A stretch of 64,000 bases of DNA from the human T2T-CHM13v2.0 reference genome, Homo sapiens. Shown here piece by piece: positions 39,806-54,089 of the stretch. The notes below the pieces were generated by a model that saw nothing but the letters and a program-made list of their open reading frames with translations, ran no database searches and was not told the origin of the DNA. How positions within the stretch are numbered: the first letter of the stretch is position 1; every line of letters starts with the position of its first letter. The stretch is from NCBI RefSeq assembly GCF_009914755.1, contig NC_060930.1; one strand, given 5' to 3'. The position numbers and the translations under genes are program-made.

Positions 39806-41749
39806 CACAAACACAGAAATTTGTGCAACGTCACCCCAAGGAGTATTAAGCTTTGTAAACTGACAAAACTGGCTGCTTTTAGGAAATTCTCAAGACACAA
39901 ATATTCAGTCTTTTTAAAATTCTTACATTTTGGAAAACATGCTTCACTCTATAGATAGATCCTTCACATTGGGATTATTTAATCCCAAAAACAAGTTTGC
40001 TGTAGACAACTGCTTAAGCCTTTAAAAAATTCCTATTCTGCTAATTTTTTAACCAACTTGTAATTATAGATAATTCTGCTTTAGGTCAAGGTCTTAAATC
40101 ATTTAATATCCTAACCTTGTTATCTCTTGCCTCCTCCTCTCTGTTTTTATTTGTTTTCAAGGTTTTTCATAAAAACAAATACTAGTTTTGAAGGATTTTT
40201 TCTTACATTTAACTGCTCAAACATAATATTTTTGGGGACACCTTCTTATGGAGGAGTTTGAAAACTTTTTATGTTCTTGAGTTTGTCCAATATCAGCTGC
40301 TTTTGGGAAAGGAAACAAAAAAGTGAAGGAAATATTTTCAGGAAGTTTTTCTCAACCTACAAAAGCTTTAAAAATAAGAAATTGACAAGTAACTAGACTA
40401 TGATATGCCTTTGCTTTCATCACAAAAGTTCATCAGCAAACAGGAAAAAAAAAGACCCCTAAAAAGCCTAAAGCTTTAAATTGTCTCCAAATTCTTAAAA
40501 TTAGTCATCTGTCTTAGATGTACATTTATTTGTCAGCAACCTTGTCTGATTTGAAATAGATGATATGATAAAACATGCATTAACATGAGTAGTTTATTTT
40601 TGTTGGGCTCCAGAGTGTAAGAATATTTTATTTTTTGTTTGACATAAAAAGTGAAGTTGACTTGCGTGAATAACAATCCAGCATGCTTTCATTCTTTCTG
40701 AATAACACAGAATAACTGTGCTACAGCTTCTGGATTAGTTGTCTATTTCCAGTTAGAGGAGTGTGTGACATTTATGGTTTGGGAATAGCATATTTCTAAA
40801 GCATAATATAATACAAGAAATAGTGATGCTCTGTTTTCACAAATTTATCTTTTCATTCACCCATCCATCCATTTAACAGATATTTATTGAGTGCCTATCT
40901 TAGGTGTAATAGTATTTAAGACTGAAAGAAGGAGAATTTCTAACCTGTCATAAGAGTAAGGTTTCGTAAATTCATCTTTCCTGAACTTAGGCATTAGTTT
41001 GGCAATATGTGAATATGATGAACTCTAAACCTAGCTGATCTGTATATGTATGATGTATATATGTCATATGTATGATATATATGAAATATTCCCATAACTG
41101 CATATGAACACATATGCCATATACATATATACCAACGGGCTGAATAACATACTCTTTTGTCTTGGATAATCTGTTTTCTGGGTTATGTATCTGTTGTCTT
41201 TGGCCTACTCAGGGATTTTTATTTCTTTAAATAACTTATCTTTTGGACATATTTTTATATTATTTGGAAAACTTTCCAATATTCCTGTTACAAAGTGGTG
41301 TCTGTTTTCAGTGATGGCTATTTCATCAGTGCTTGAAATAGTGTGCACTGTGTTGCACAGGTTTTTCATTTTTCTATTGAGTAGATATTTTTAAATTAAC
41401 ATACACATTTTTCTCTTTAAAGGGTCATATCTATTAGGCCTTTCCCTGCTGGTAACTTAAAATGATTATTTGTGAATTTTTTACTAAGTTTCATCAAGAT
41501 CTTAAAAAGAGAGAAGAAAATAAAAAGTATTATTTATATGTCAGTGCCAACTTTGAAGGTAAAACAGTAGTAGTAACTTTTGGGAGAAATTCTAAAAACT
41601 ACTTTAAAAAGAAGCGTGCACATAAAATAAATATCTTTCTATCCAAGGCTTGTCATTTTATATGCTTTTATTGTAAATTTAATATATACTACTTTAAAAA
41701 ATTGAACTATACAGAATTTATAAAATACAACTTTCTCTACTTACCCCAC

Positions 41750-42130
41750 CTCTTATTTTCTAGGGGTAACCACTGTTAATGGTTTGGTATGTGTCCTTCC
41801 AGACACTTTCTACAAATATACAAATAAGTGTGTTTGTGTATGTGTCTGTGTGTGTATTCATTTTATACAAATAGAAAAATATTCTTACTGTGCTGTGACT
41901 CTTTGTCATTTTATTATATATTAATAGATACCTTTCCATAAGCGTTTAAATAGATTTACCTCATTCTTTTATAAATTACTGCATAATCCATTGTAGGAGT
42001 ATACTTTAACTTATTGAATTAGTCCCCTGTTGAATGGACTACAAGATTATTTTCACTTCTCTATTACAAAGAAAGCAAGAGTGAAGACCCTTTTGCATAT
42101 ATTTTTGTCACCTTGCATGAACATATCCAT
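41750..42130 (-). mobile_element. Old L1M 3' fragment in the 3' UTR
   Basis: GGTAACCACTGTTAATGGTTTGGTATGTGTCCTTCCAGA...ACCTCATTCTTTT...TGCATAATCCATTGTA. Confidence 0.55.
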
Positions 42131-44051
42131 AAGGTTGTACATTTGTTTTTTACAAGATCTTTGTAATAAACATTTTAATGTAATTTCAGGAGATGAGGTC
42201 ATAGAGATAATATGAGACCCTTTTTTGGATAAAAAGAAAGATTGTACAGGAGTGCATAATTTTTAAAGAAAATCGTCTTTTGAAGGGTAATTTCCTTTCT
42301 GCCTGATTAGCCAAATAAATACCTTGCCAAAACTTACAATAGGAAATTTTTTTTCGATAAAAATAAAATTTGAGGAGATGTGTGTCAGATAATGTGAGAG
42401 AGATGAATTGACTTTTGGATTGCCTCATTTTAAAACTTGAGGGATTTAAATCAAATACCCAAGCCAAATTGGTGATACTTTTCGCATTTTTAGTAACACT
42501 ATCCACTTTTGTGTATGTTGCTTGACAGAGGAACTTAATTATGCCATTGTGAAAAGTAGGAAAGAATATGTTGGCAATTATAAATGCCCACAGCAATTCC
42601 CAGAAAAATACATTAGATTATGTACGATTTAGTGATTTGGTGGGATAATTATAAATCGTGGAATAATTTATATATGTGGAGTAAGAAGAGAGGGGTCAAA
42701 CCTTTTGGTACAAGCAACATCTTGTTGCCACCACCTTGATTTTCTCATAGGTGCTATTGTGTCCTAAGAGTAGAACAGACAAGAAAACAAAGATAATTAA
42801 ACACAAGTCAGGTTACAACATGATATCTTTAATTGTACTTTCTCTGCTGTGGTATCAAGATTCAGTGGTGCTTGTCAGAAAATACCTTGTTCTGTGACTC
42901 TGACTATCTCTTGAGTCCCAAGGCTCCAATTGAGCCTTTATCTTTCAACCTTACCACCCAAGTATATGACCAACTGTTCTCCTAAAATACCTATGAACCA
43001 CTGTAATCATTTCCAGTCCCTGATGCCCCTCTTCAACCTCATTTTTCTCCATACCTCTGCTATTCTAACTATTCCTCTTCACTGAAGGAGAAGAGGAGAG
43101 ACAGGAGGGGCCTAAAAACTCACTCTGGTATGTGGGAAACATTAGAATTCCTTCCTGACCTTTGTCAAATGAGGGCACATCTGCCAAGACATCAGTCCAG
43201 CTTCTCCCTTGTTAAATGAAATTGTTTTTAACATTACACTTTTATACTGGCTGTTACATTAGAATTACAAAAAAGTTAGTGGCCTCTATAACCTTAATTG
43301 GCATACTTTACTACAAAAATAAGAAAATGTATGCCAAAAAACGTTTTTAGATTTTAATTTTATAAGCAACCTGCACATAAGCCTTAATGTGAGTCTTCAC
43401 ATTGGATTATATTTTTATTCTCCCATATTTGTGGCTGAAATCTCTCCCAACTATTGAAAGTGATCTTTCCCATGGTCTGCTTTATTGTTTTGTGTTAATA
43501 TCTATTATAAATATAGCCTTAAAATTTTGTAATGCACTTTAAAATATTTGTGCCATTTAAATAATGACAAAGCAATCAATGCATACATTTCAATGGAGAC
43601 AGTATACAAAGTTAAAGCAACTGATACATATATTTCAGTGGAGACAGTAGGATAACAGTGTTAGCAAATATGTGTCATCTCTTTAAATTTGGGAGGAATC
43701 AGAAGCTAAAGATTTAAAACAAATAAAACATACCTGAAGAAAAGTAGCAATTTCTGAAATTGTAGTAATCTTGGAATGGTTATCAAACCTAGCAAATAAT
43801 ACTTAATAAGTGTTACCTAATATACCTAATTGGAATGTTTGTTTAAAATATTAAATTAATTTATACTGAAAGTTTTAACTGCAATTTCATAATTCATGAA
43901 TTCTATAAAAGAAATCTCCCTCACTAAAAATATGATCAATCAAAACTACCAGTTTTGCACACCAATCCCAAGTTTAAGCATATTTTGTATTTAAAGTTAT
44001 AATTTAATTATGATACTGTCCCCCTAATATGGAAAATAAGTTACAAAATTC

Positions 44052-44192
44052 TTTTTTTTTTTTTTTTTTTTTTGGGACAGAGGTTCTCTCAATGTTGCCC
44101 AGGCTGGTCTCAAACTCTTGGGCTCAAGCGATCCTCCCTCCTCTGCCTCTGGAGTAGCTGGGATTACAAGCACGTGCCTACTATGCCTGTCT
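44052..44192 (-). mobile_element. FLAM/Alu monomer in the 3' UTR
   Basis: T tail, then one about 120-bp monomer (TGTTGCCCAGGCTGGTCTCAAACTCTTGGGCTCAAGCGATCCTCC). Confidence 0.88.
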
Positions 44193-47100
44193 TCAAAATC
44201 ACATTGTTAATTTTTATAGCCACAATTATTAATTTGATAAAACAAATAATTTTATAGAAGCATTAAAGTATTATCAGAACAAAATCAGAGTTCCAAAATT
44301 TGGGGAGTATTTTAAGATTGTGAAATGTTACCTTTTGGATGCAAACCAATGATACAAATCTTTAAGAAAGAATTACAGTGGGACTCCTTTGAAACTCTGA
44401 TTTTGAAAATAGAACAAATACACATTTCATAGCCAAACTTTGTGTGGGACTTCTATTGTTACTAATTGTAAGGCTGTAACTTTGGTTGACTTCATCCAAA
44501 TCCAAGAAACAGAGTCACAGTAGTGAGACTATTCTCATTGCTTCTTTGGAGCATTAGCTGAAGCTTTACCATATCACATACCTTACAAAATCCCTATACA
44601 TATTGCCAGTTTTAAAAGAATGTAATTATGCATGTTACAAACTATATATATCTTTTTGGCTAGAGAAGTGACTATTTTAGAATAACAGTATGAATGTAAA
44701 AGGCAATAATTTTTTTTAAATACACAAAACATTGCCATTGCCCTTTTTTGTCACTTCCTTTTTTCTTCTAAAAATTTTCATTTGGTGTATCTAACTTTGT
44801 ATCACTTAAATTATTCAGACTTACTAAGATAAAAAATACTTTTTTTCAGTTCTGTGCTATATTCTGTCACTCTATTCCATTATTAATACTAAATGACTTT
44901 CCTTGTGAAATGATACCCACATACTACAACATCAAGCTCCTTTTTCTCTTAAATTTCCTAATTATCTTGATTTTTGCCTCTGCAGTCTTCTTCCCATCTT
45001 GGCCAAGTGTGGGATAAATTCTGTCTCGCCCGTAACTCCTTTCACTGTAATGAAATGAATTCAACACTGAACGCACTCCAGAATTTAGCTCTGGTAGTGA
45101 GCATAATTTACCTTGGCTTATTTTATTTGTAAATGGAAATGTATCAGGAGTGCCTGGAACACTTTTCCCTCTTGATAGGAGTTGGAGAACACTGCCTAGC
45201 CCTCTGCCAAGAAGTAAGTCAAGCAAATGAAGATACCAGTTGGATCAGAGGGCCTAATAATAGTCTAAAACCAAGCTTCAGAAATTGCTTCGTGACTGTT
45301 GTAAGATCAATATTGTGTTTGCGTATTAGTTGGACAGAAAGCATGTGTGGACATTCATCCAACCTGACCCCAGGTCATTCATTCTCCATCCAAAAAGGGT
45401 TATAGGTATGGTTTATGGTCTTTGTTTCAGCAAAACGTCCTACAGCTTGGACTTGGGGTGGATTTATATAGTGTAGCATTTGTATATAAGATTCAATTAT
45501 GGATTCATGCTCTGTGAACATTGTTAGATTTTTAATAATCTAAAGTAGGTCACATTGAATGTAACTGATATTAACCCTATTCTAGAGAAAACATTTGTCA
45601 TTTGCAAGTGTTTGACTTTTTTATTGATATGATTTAGATATGCCACACTCAATATATTTAGTATAGATTCAGTACATAACAGGAAAGAAAAAGGGAGAGA
45701 CAGACTTGAGTGTTAAAGGACCCCAGAAATTGCTGAAATGTCCTTTTAGATTCTTGTGGCTGGCAAGCTATGCTGTCATTGGTTCTCTGCGAATCTGTGA
45801 TGTGTTCACTTCGCCATGCCCCAGCTTGGGAAATATTCTTAGTAATCCAATCAAATCCTTAAAAACAGCATTTTTGTGAATGTATTACTTCTTCAATATC
45901 CCCATATATTTGTATTGTTTCAAGCCACTAGTATCTAAATTTTTGATATAAATATCTAAATTCTTTCATTTTATAGAAAATTAGCATGCTTTATGTTTCT
46001 TTATAATGAAAAGTCTAGATAAAGTATCATAATTTCATTATCAGCTGACAAGAAACCCTTCTAAGACCCATTTTTTTAAGTGTCATATGGCAACTCCTCA
46101 ATAGCTTACTTTTATTATTTGATCATTTTCATCACAATTGCAATCCTCTAGAGGGTATTTTAAAAAGTAGACCAACCTTATGTTTCACGTGAAACATAGA
46201 ATAATAATTAGTTTGTATATATATAAAACCATTTACCTTGACAAGGACAATCTGTTACAGATTTTTAATATGAAAATTGACAATTTTGTTGCTTTTAGAA
46301 GCAATTAACATAGTAATTAGTAAATTCTGAGAGATGACAGAAATGATTTTCTGTAGAAGGAACACAACAGTGATGTTAAAATGTTAACAAAGAACCAGTT
46401 GTTTTGATTCTATTTTAAACAAAATTGTAAGGCAATTTTATGAAACAAACATTTATATCAATGTATATCTATTTCAAAACTGTGGGACAATTATTCATTC
46501 TTTTCCCAAATAGAGTAAAATATTAAAGAGAAAAAAATTTGAGTGTTTATCTGTTATTACTGTATATTCAGAAATTACAGTTCTAAGGAATTATTGTCAT
46601 CCTCTAAGTATCAGAATGTATTCCATTTTAATTATATTCTCCTTAACAATAGAAAATTAGAAGAAATTTCTTGATCATAAGATGAATAGTAATTTGTACC
46701 AGATCTTGTCCATCATTTCATTAGATTGCATATTTTTAGTTTTCTATAAAATTTGCAGCCATTTTCCAAATAAAGTAAGTTATAATATTTTTCAAGTTTA
46801 AAATGGACCTGGTTGAAAAGAGATTTCATTGATTCTTTTTAATGATATTGGAAAATATTTATGCAATTTTATTTTTTAACCTTTTCTCCATTTCATTAGT
46901 TATACTATTTACTTTGATAATCACAAAACTATGTGGAAGAAATCATTCTGATTATATTTTATGAAAGAGAGGGGTAGAGTAAATTTTTTAATTAGACAAT
47001 GTTGATATGCAGAAATCTCTCAAAAGAAATTGCAAAGGAAAAATTACGTTGAGATGAAATGTTGAGAAATAAGGAGTATCTTAAAAACCTAATTTCTTAC

Positions 47101-48646
47101 ACTTTTTAGAGCAATCAACTTATTTCCAAATTATTATTTCATGCTGTTGTTTCCATGAATTGTGTTTTTAGCATAGTATATACTTTTCTACCACGTTAGC
47201 ATTTACACTCTAATTACTGAAAATAAAGGAAGAAGTTGGTGAATAAAAGCCAGGGAAACTGGGTTTATTCTCATTTTCCAATAGCACTAATGTATAATCC
47301 CTTTAACCTTCCATATGGTGCTTTGTGTGATGAGTATATAACATTCATATACGTTATTAGTGCCTTATTTTTTTCACTTGACTTTATTTCTTATCTAAAG
47401 AGCCATATATTTTTTGTGAGTGTTCTTTGGTCCCTCTATTTAAAGTGCTAAGGAGAAAGCATATCTTTAGGGATGTATATAGGCTGCGTTTGCTACCTTA
47501 ATCTACTGTATTATCTCTAAAACAGGTTAGCCAATGTATTTTTCTTAAATTCATTGTTCATTTTTAAGCTAACCTATACAAATGGATATTAAACACCAGA
47601 AATTAAAGCCATTAAAATTGAATTGTACTTTAAAACCATAAAAAATGCTAATTAAGTTTAGAACAGGAGTTGAAATGACTCTCAGTTTTATCTATAGCTC
47701 CAATTAGGACAAAATTACTTTACAAAAAGCATTAAAAATAAAAGTAACTGTATGGTACTTCAGGAATTTGACCAGTTCCTTACAACTTATTCTTGGCAAT
47801 ATTTTGTCAGTAATATACTTTCATACAGATGCTAGAGAACCATGGTGTCTGCTATTTACATGTTATTTGTTCCCAGTGAGCTTTATCAACATCAACCCTG
47901 TTTATATAATATGTTATTTTGCTCTTCTTGATCTGTGCCTTTTGTTTTAGCTTTATACAAAATGCTAGGTTTGTTATATTCTTTATGTATCATAATATAT
48001 AATTCAACTTTTCCTGATGAATGTATGCTGAATAATTAAACTAAACCATGTGCTTAGAAAAGACAAAGACAGGTTGTATATGCAGTTATGTGTAAATATT
48101 TGACAAAGAAAAAAAAAGGAAAAGAATCTTCCTGCCAACAGGTAGGTCCTGCTGGACAGGACCTGAAAATTAAGAGATTTTTTTTTTTAAGCAGTGAAAT
48201 TTAAAAATCTATTACCTCAAGAATTTTCAGTCGATATGTCAATGTACTGTTCCTTCTCAGTAAGTACAGTGTCACATGCTGCTGGCGGTAAAAGCAACCC
48301 AAGTGTCAGATCACACAAATTTTAGGGACAAGTCTTTCAAAAGACGGACACCTTGTGATATTTTGGAGTCTAATTTCCGACTTTTCGTAATGTCCCAATG
48401 ACCTTTTGTTGTGGTTGGGCTTTTATAAAAAATTATTTTCGGTTGGTTGTTGTAGAATGGAAGAGTAATCTTAATTATGAAATCAGATTGCATGGAAGAA
48501 TATAAAGACACTCACTCGGATGAAAACTATAACGGTTTTCAAACTATTTTGATGGTCATTGTACGAGCTATTGTATGGATTACTGTGGAGTGCTGTTTAC
48601 CACATGATGTGTGCAATACATCATGCAATGTTATTTAGCAATGCGT

Positions 48647-48690
48647 AATAAAAGTTTTTAAAAGAGAAAATTCTTGTCTTTTTTTCCAAT
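48647..48690 (+). terminator. Candidate distal polyadenylation signal
   Basis: AATAAA at 48647-48652, upstream TGTA motifs, downstream TTCTTGTCTTTTTTT. Confidence 0.65.
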
Positions 48691-49029
48691 AGGTTTGGAT
48701 TTTTAAAAAATTAAAAATAAAACTTCACAGCAACAAAACTATTGTGCCTACAGTTACTGGAGTAATTTCTACATTGGACTCTAGAAATGGAGGAGCAGGA
48801 ATGAACAGAAATTCAAGGGTGTGCTTTTGGGAAGGTGGATTGTGTTGTGTTGCTGTGGCACGTTTTGGGGAAAGAGCACAGAATAGTGAAGATCAGTGCA
48901 AACATTCTGCATGAGGCATGAAAAAGAAGCAAATAGTGTGGAAGTAAGAGATCAGCTTAGGGTGGTCTTTACTCTCTAGACCAAGGGGCCTATACAGGGG
49001 TGGGAAAGCAGAAACCACTAAACTGCTAA

Positions 49030-49470
49030 AGCCAAATATATACGCCTACTCTATAACCTAGCAATGATTTTCCTAGATCTGTCACTAAGGAAAGAATGGC
49101 CTTTGTTGACCAAAGGGTAAGTACAAGAATTTTCCTTAACAGTAAAATCATGAATATATTGTGATATATTCATAGAATGGAATATTATAGAACAATTAGA
49201 ATGAAAATAATCTTAATTTTGAAAAATTACAGAGCAATCTATGCAAAAATACAGTTGACTCTCACAGATACTATGTTGAGCAGATGAAGCCAGGCACAAT
49301 ACAGTATATATTATAGGACCACATTTATATGATGATCAAAAACAGACAAAACTGATCAATGATAATAGAAGTCAGAACGGTGATTACTTTTGGGGTGGGT
49401 ATTATTGACTGGTAAGGGGAATCAAAAATCTACGATTATAGAAATAGTCTGTTACTTCATGAGGGTGTTA
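49030..49470 (+). mobile_element. Old L1M 3' fragment
   Basis: TATATTCATAGAATGGAATATTATA...CATTTATATGA...AAAACAGACAAAACT...TAGAAGTCAGAA. Confidence 0.6.
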
Positions 49471-50039
<569 letters not shown>

Positions 50040-50458
50040 TCTGGAATGTATTTTATACTTCCATTTTAAAAATTAGTGGAGCAAAAAAGATACTATATTG
50101 TCTTTCTTGGGTCGCTAAAATCCTTTGAAAACATGATGTTTAACCTTTCAAATGGCATATATTTTAGCTATTTATAGTTTCCTGCTATCAGCAGACTACA
50201 GTGAAAATTCTTGAACAAAAACCTTCTGATAAGCCCTTAGTAATGGACTTGCAAGTCGAATTCTAAAAACAATTATGAAGCACGTGCTCCCACATATACC
50301 CAAATGATACCATTTCAAGTTGATGCCAATTTATGTTCCCATCACCAGTTTACAAGAGTATTTATTTCATTTCATTTTCACAAAAACTATTTTATCTCTT
50401 TTTAAAAAATATTTGCCAATTTGACAGGTAAAAAATGGCATCTAATCTTTTTAAATCA

Positions 50459-50459
<1 letters not shown>

Positions 50460-50494
<35 letters not shown>
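50460..50494. repeat. (CA)n microsatellite
   Basis: Direct reading. Confidence 0.95.
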
Positions 50495-50496
<2 letters not shown>

Positions 50497-51214
50497 GCCA
50501 AATGTGTTTTCTAAATTAACTTTTCCTTAAATCCATTTGCATTTAGTCTCTTTCATGGTAATAAGCCCTCATAATTTCCTTCTGTTTTCCTATATTTCCA
50601 AGCCCCAAGCTGCTATGTTTAAAGACAAAAATGGTGATATCTTTTTATTATAGCTACAGTTGCCAACACACACATACATAAAACAGCAGAGATGTATTTA
50701 ACTTACACAATTTACCACAAATGTGTGTCATGACATATGCTCCAGCATAAACTGAGATGGGAACCATGAATCTCCTGTTTCTTCTGGCATTCTGGTTGCA
50801 GAGTACCACTACCAGTGTTGAGCAGGCCAAATGTGATTCTGGCATTTAATAGTGTTTATCAAACTACACACCCCCTTATTTTGAGCCAATTATGTCATCT
50901 GGCACTCAACGATTTTTTTTTAATGCCTTTAATGTAGCCGGGATAGTCCATTGAAAGATGATGAGTCAGTCACCAATCGAGCCCCTGCTTAGGGAGTTTC
51001 TTACTCACCCTTGCCCAATATTGTGCCCCACATATTTGTTAATTAAACGTATATTTCAATAAGGTACTGTTAGGAGACTGGTATTGAAAGTGAAATGATT
51101 AGATTATTAGAAATGAAACTCCTGGTAGGCCCAGTTTTAACTCTCAAATCACAATTGAGGTAGGTTTGTGAAGAAGGTAAGAGCGCTGATGCTACGCTCC
51201 TGTATTTAAACCCC

Positions 51215-51415
51215 AAGTTGGCTTCTTTCAGGCTATATAACCTGGGATATGTTACTTAATCTCTCTGTGACTCAGTTTTCTGTAAATTGGGAATAATAGT
51301 GCAGGCCTCCAAGGTTAGTTGTGAGGATTAACTGAGTTTTAATACATGCTTAAGCACTTAAAATAGTGCCTTGCTCTTAACAAGCTTTCAGTAAATGTTA
51401 GTTCTTATTATTGTT
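51215..51415 (+). mobile_element. MIR SINE
   Basis: GTTACTTAATCTCTCTGTGACTCAGTTTTCTGTAAATTGGGAATAATAGT...GTTGTGAGGATTAA. Confidence 0.7.
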
Positions 51416-51929
51416 AGTGACCACGCTTCATTTTAAACATGTTGGCCAACACAAAATGATTCATTGATGTCAGTTACAAGTAGCGCAGAATAATAGCATC
51501 ACTCCTAGACGTTGTGTCAGGGCTGTGATATGAAGCATTCTAAAAGGCAAATTATTTTAATGGGTAATGCTTAACATGCACATTTCTAGAGTAGCATATT
51601 GGTTAAATATAAAGTTTTGCTCAAAGAGTCAATTATCATATGTTAGCTGACATCTATTGTTTTGTCCTCTGAGTAATTCTGTCTCACTCACCCAACCACG
51701 TTGTTCATTAGGGAGTTGCCACCTTTTCTCATGCTCCCCCCAATCAATGAAACCAGTTGGTTCACAGAGGGACACCCAAGTCAAGTTAAGCCAATTAATC
51801 CCCTCCCTAGGATTTTTGAACTTGAGACAATAAAAAGCCTGTCCCTATCCCCTTTTAATGATGCAGCTGTGAAATGTGAGCTTGGAAGCTTCCAGAAGCT
51901 ATGTTTCTGCCACCTACAACAGATGGTCA

Positions 51930-52125
51930 TGTGACTAAAGTGATTCACTTAAAGCCAAAGAATGACAAAGATTGCCAACAAACACCAGAAACTGGAAGAG
52001 ACAGGGAAGGATTCTCCTCTAGAACTGTCAGAAAGAGCATGACCCTGCCAACATCTTGATTTCAGACTTCTAGCCTGTAGAACTGTGAGACAATACATTT
52101 CTCTACTTTCGATCCCCTCAGTTTA
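51930..52125 (+). mobile_element. MLT1 MaLR LTR fragment
   Basis: CACCAGAAACTGGAAGAGACAGGGAAGGATTCTCC...TTGATTTCAGACTTCTAGCCTGTAGAACTGTGAGACAATA. Confidence 0.75.
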
Positions 52126-52251
52126 GAATGAAGCTGCTGACAGAGAGAAAGTGAGATGAAGCTGGAACAATCTTGGCAGCATTCTCAGGAATCTCCATCA
52201 TACCAGAGACCTCATTGTTCCTCTGTTTTTTCCAAGCATTTGTTTATGTGA

Positions 52252-52719
<468 letters not shown>

Positions 52720-52847
52720 GAAGCTACCATTTTCTTAAAGCCTGGGCCCCAAAACTGGTACCACACCATGGAAATAGTGGCAGCAGATCATGAAACTTGT
52801 CCCTGTCTCCTGGCCTAAAGAGATTGACTGTCTGAGGCACAGTTGCC

Positions 52848-53400
52848 ATTTATTCATGCAACAAATATTTTTTGAGTACCTATTACATGCCAGACACTGT
52901 TACAAGTCATGGTTATAGATTAGTGAAGAAGAGACAAAAAAATGTCTGCCATAAGAAGGTTACGTTCTAGTATAGGAATCAGACAAATAAGCAAAATAAG
53001 TAAATTATAGAAGTGAAAGGGAGAAAAATAAAGCAGGGGAAAGTGATAGATAGTGGGGGTAAAAGGGCATGGGCTTCTGGGAAGGTAAAGTTTGAGCAAA
53101 AGTATGAGAGGTGAGAGAGCTGTACTGATGAGCTAACAGGGCATTCTAGGCAAAGCAAACAGCAGAGACAAGGGCTCAGAAAGGCAAGACTCCAGAGCAG
53201 CTGGAATAGAAGGAGAGGAGATGAGTATAAACAGAGAGGTGGGGGCATTGCTGCAAATGTAGGTGGGTAACTGTAGTGCATTTGCATTCAGTTTGAATGA
53301 GACGAAAAGTCCACTGAAGTTTGTAGACAGAAGGGTGCTATGGCCATCCCTAGGTCCCAACAGGATCATTCCGGCTGCTGCAATGAGACTAGAGTGAAGC
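52848..53400 (-). mobile_element. L2 LINE 3' fragment
   Basis: ATTTATTCATGCAACAAATATTTTTTGAGTACCTATTACATGCCAGACACTGTT...GGCATTCTAGGCAAAG. Confidence 0.7.
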
Positions 53401-54089
53401 AAATGGACAAAAGAAAAAGGTACAGATCAGCTGGCCAGAAGGACAGCTCCAAAATGAATAATGGCCCTATTCTTCTTCACACAGCTGGACTTCTCCCCAT
53501 CTTTGCTAATGAAAACCAAATCACTTCCTTGGTAATAGTTTACTTTTTCTCTGTATTCATTCAATAAATAGCTATTGAGCACCCATAGGAGGATGCCCAT
53601 GTTATCATGGATCCCCAAAAGAGAATGGCATATCTCTATGTGAGAGTCAAACTCACAATTTTTTTCAAAATTCTCAAAAGTTGGTCCAGAAAAAAAGTTA
53701 CACAGCTATTTTACGCTTGGCCAAAAATATTTTAGTGGACTTCGGCATTCAGACCTTCAGATATGTAAGGGTGAGAATTGCAGCCTTTGGGGCATGGATA
53801 TGAGGTGCCCAAGACAAAAACCTGGAGTTCGACCTGTCTGGCTATCTTTCACCCAACCTAGCTCAATCTGTCATTATATCTCCTAAATAACCTCTCTATT
53901 CACACCTTCACCCTTTAATTCAGATTGTCCTTCTTATTCAGATAATGGCAAGCATTGGGATTCTTGCCTTCAGGCTTCCCCTCTGTTTTGCCCATGCCTG
54001 TGATGTGACTGGCCATAGGCACTGTCCACTGCATCCTTCACAGTGCTATTAGGGTGATGCTACAAAAACACAATCTGATTTTATCACTT

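Larger units (their letters stand above)
38975..48670 (+). other. RNF217: RNF217 long 3' UTR (about 9.7 kb; end approximate)
   Basis: Follows the stop codon; AT-rich and poor in young repeats; ends at AATAAA 48647-48652 with a U-rich downstream tract, after which L1/Alu density rises. The extent is inferred. Confidence 0.65.
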
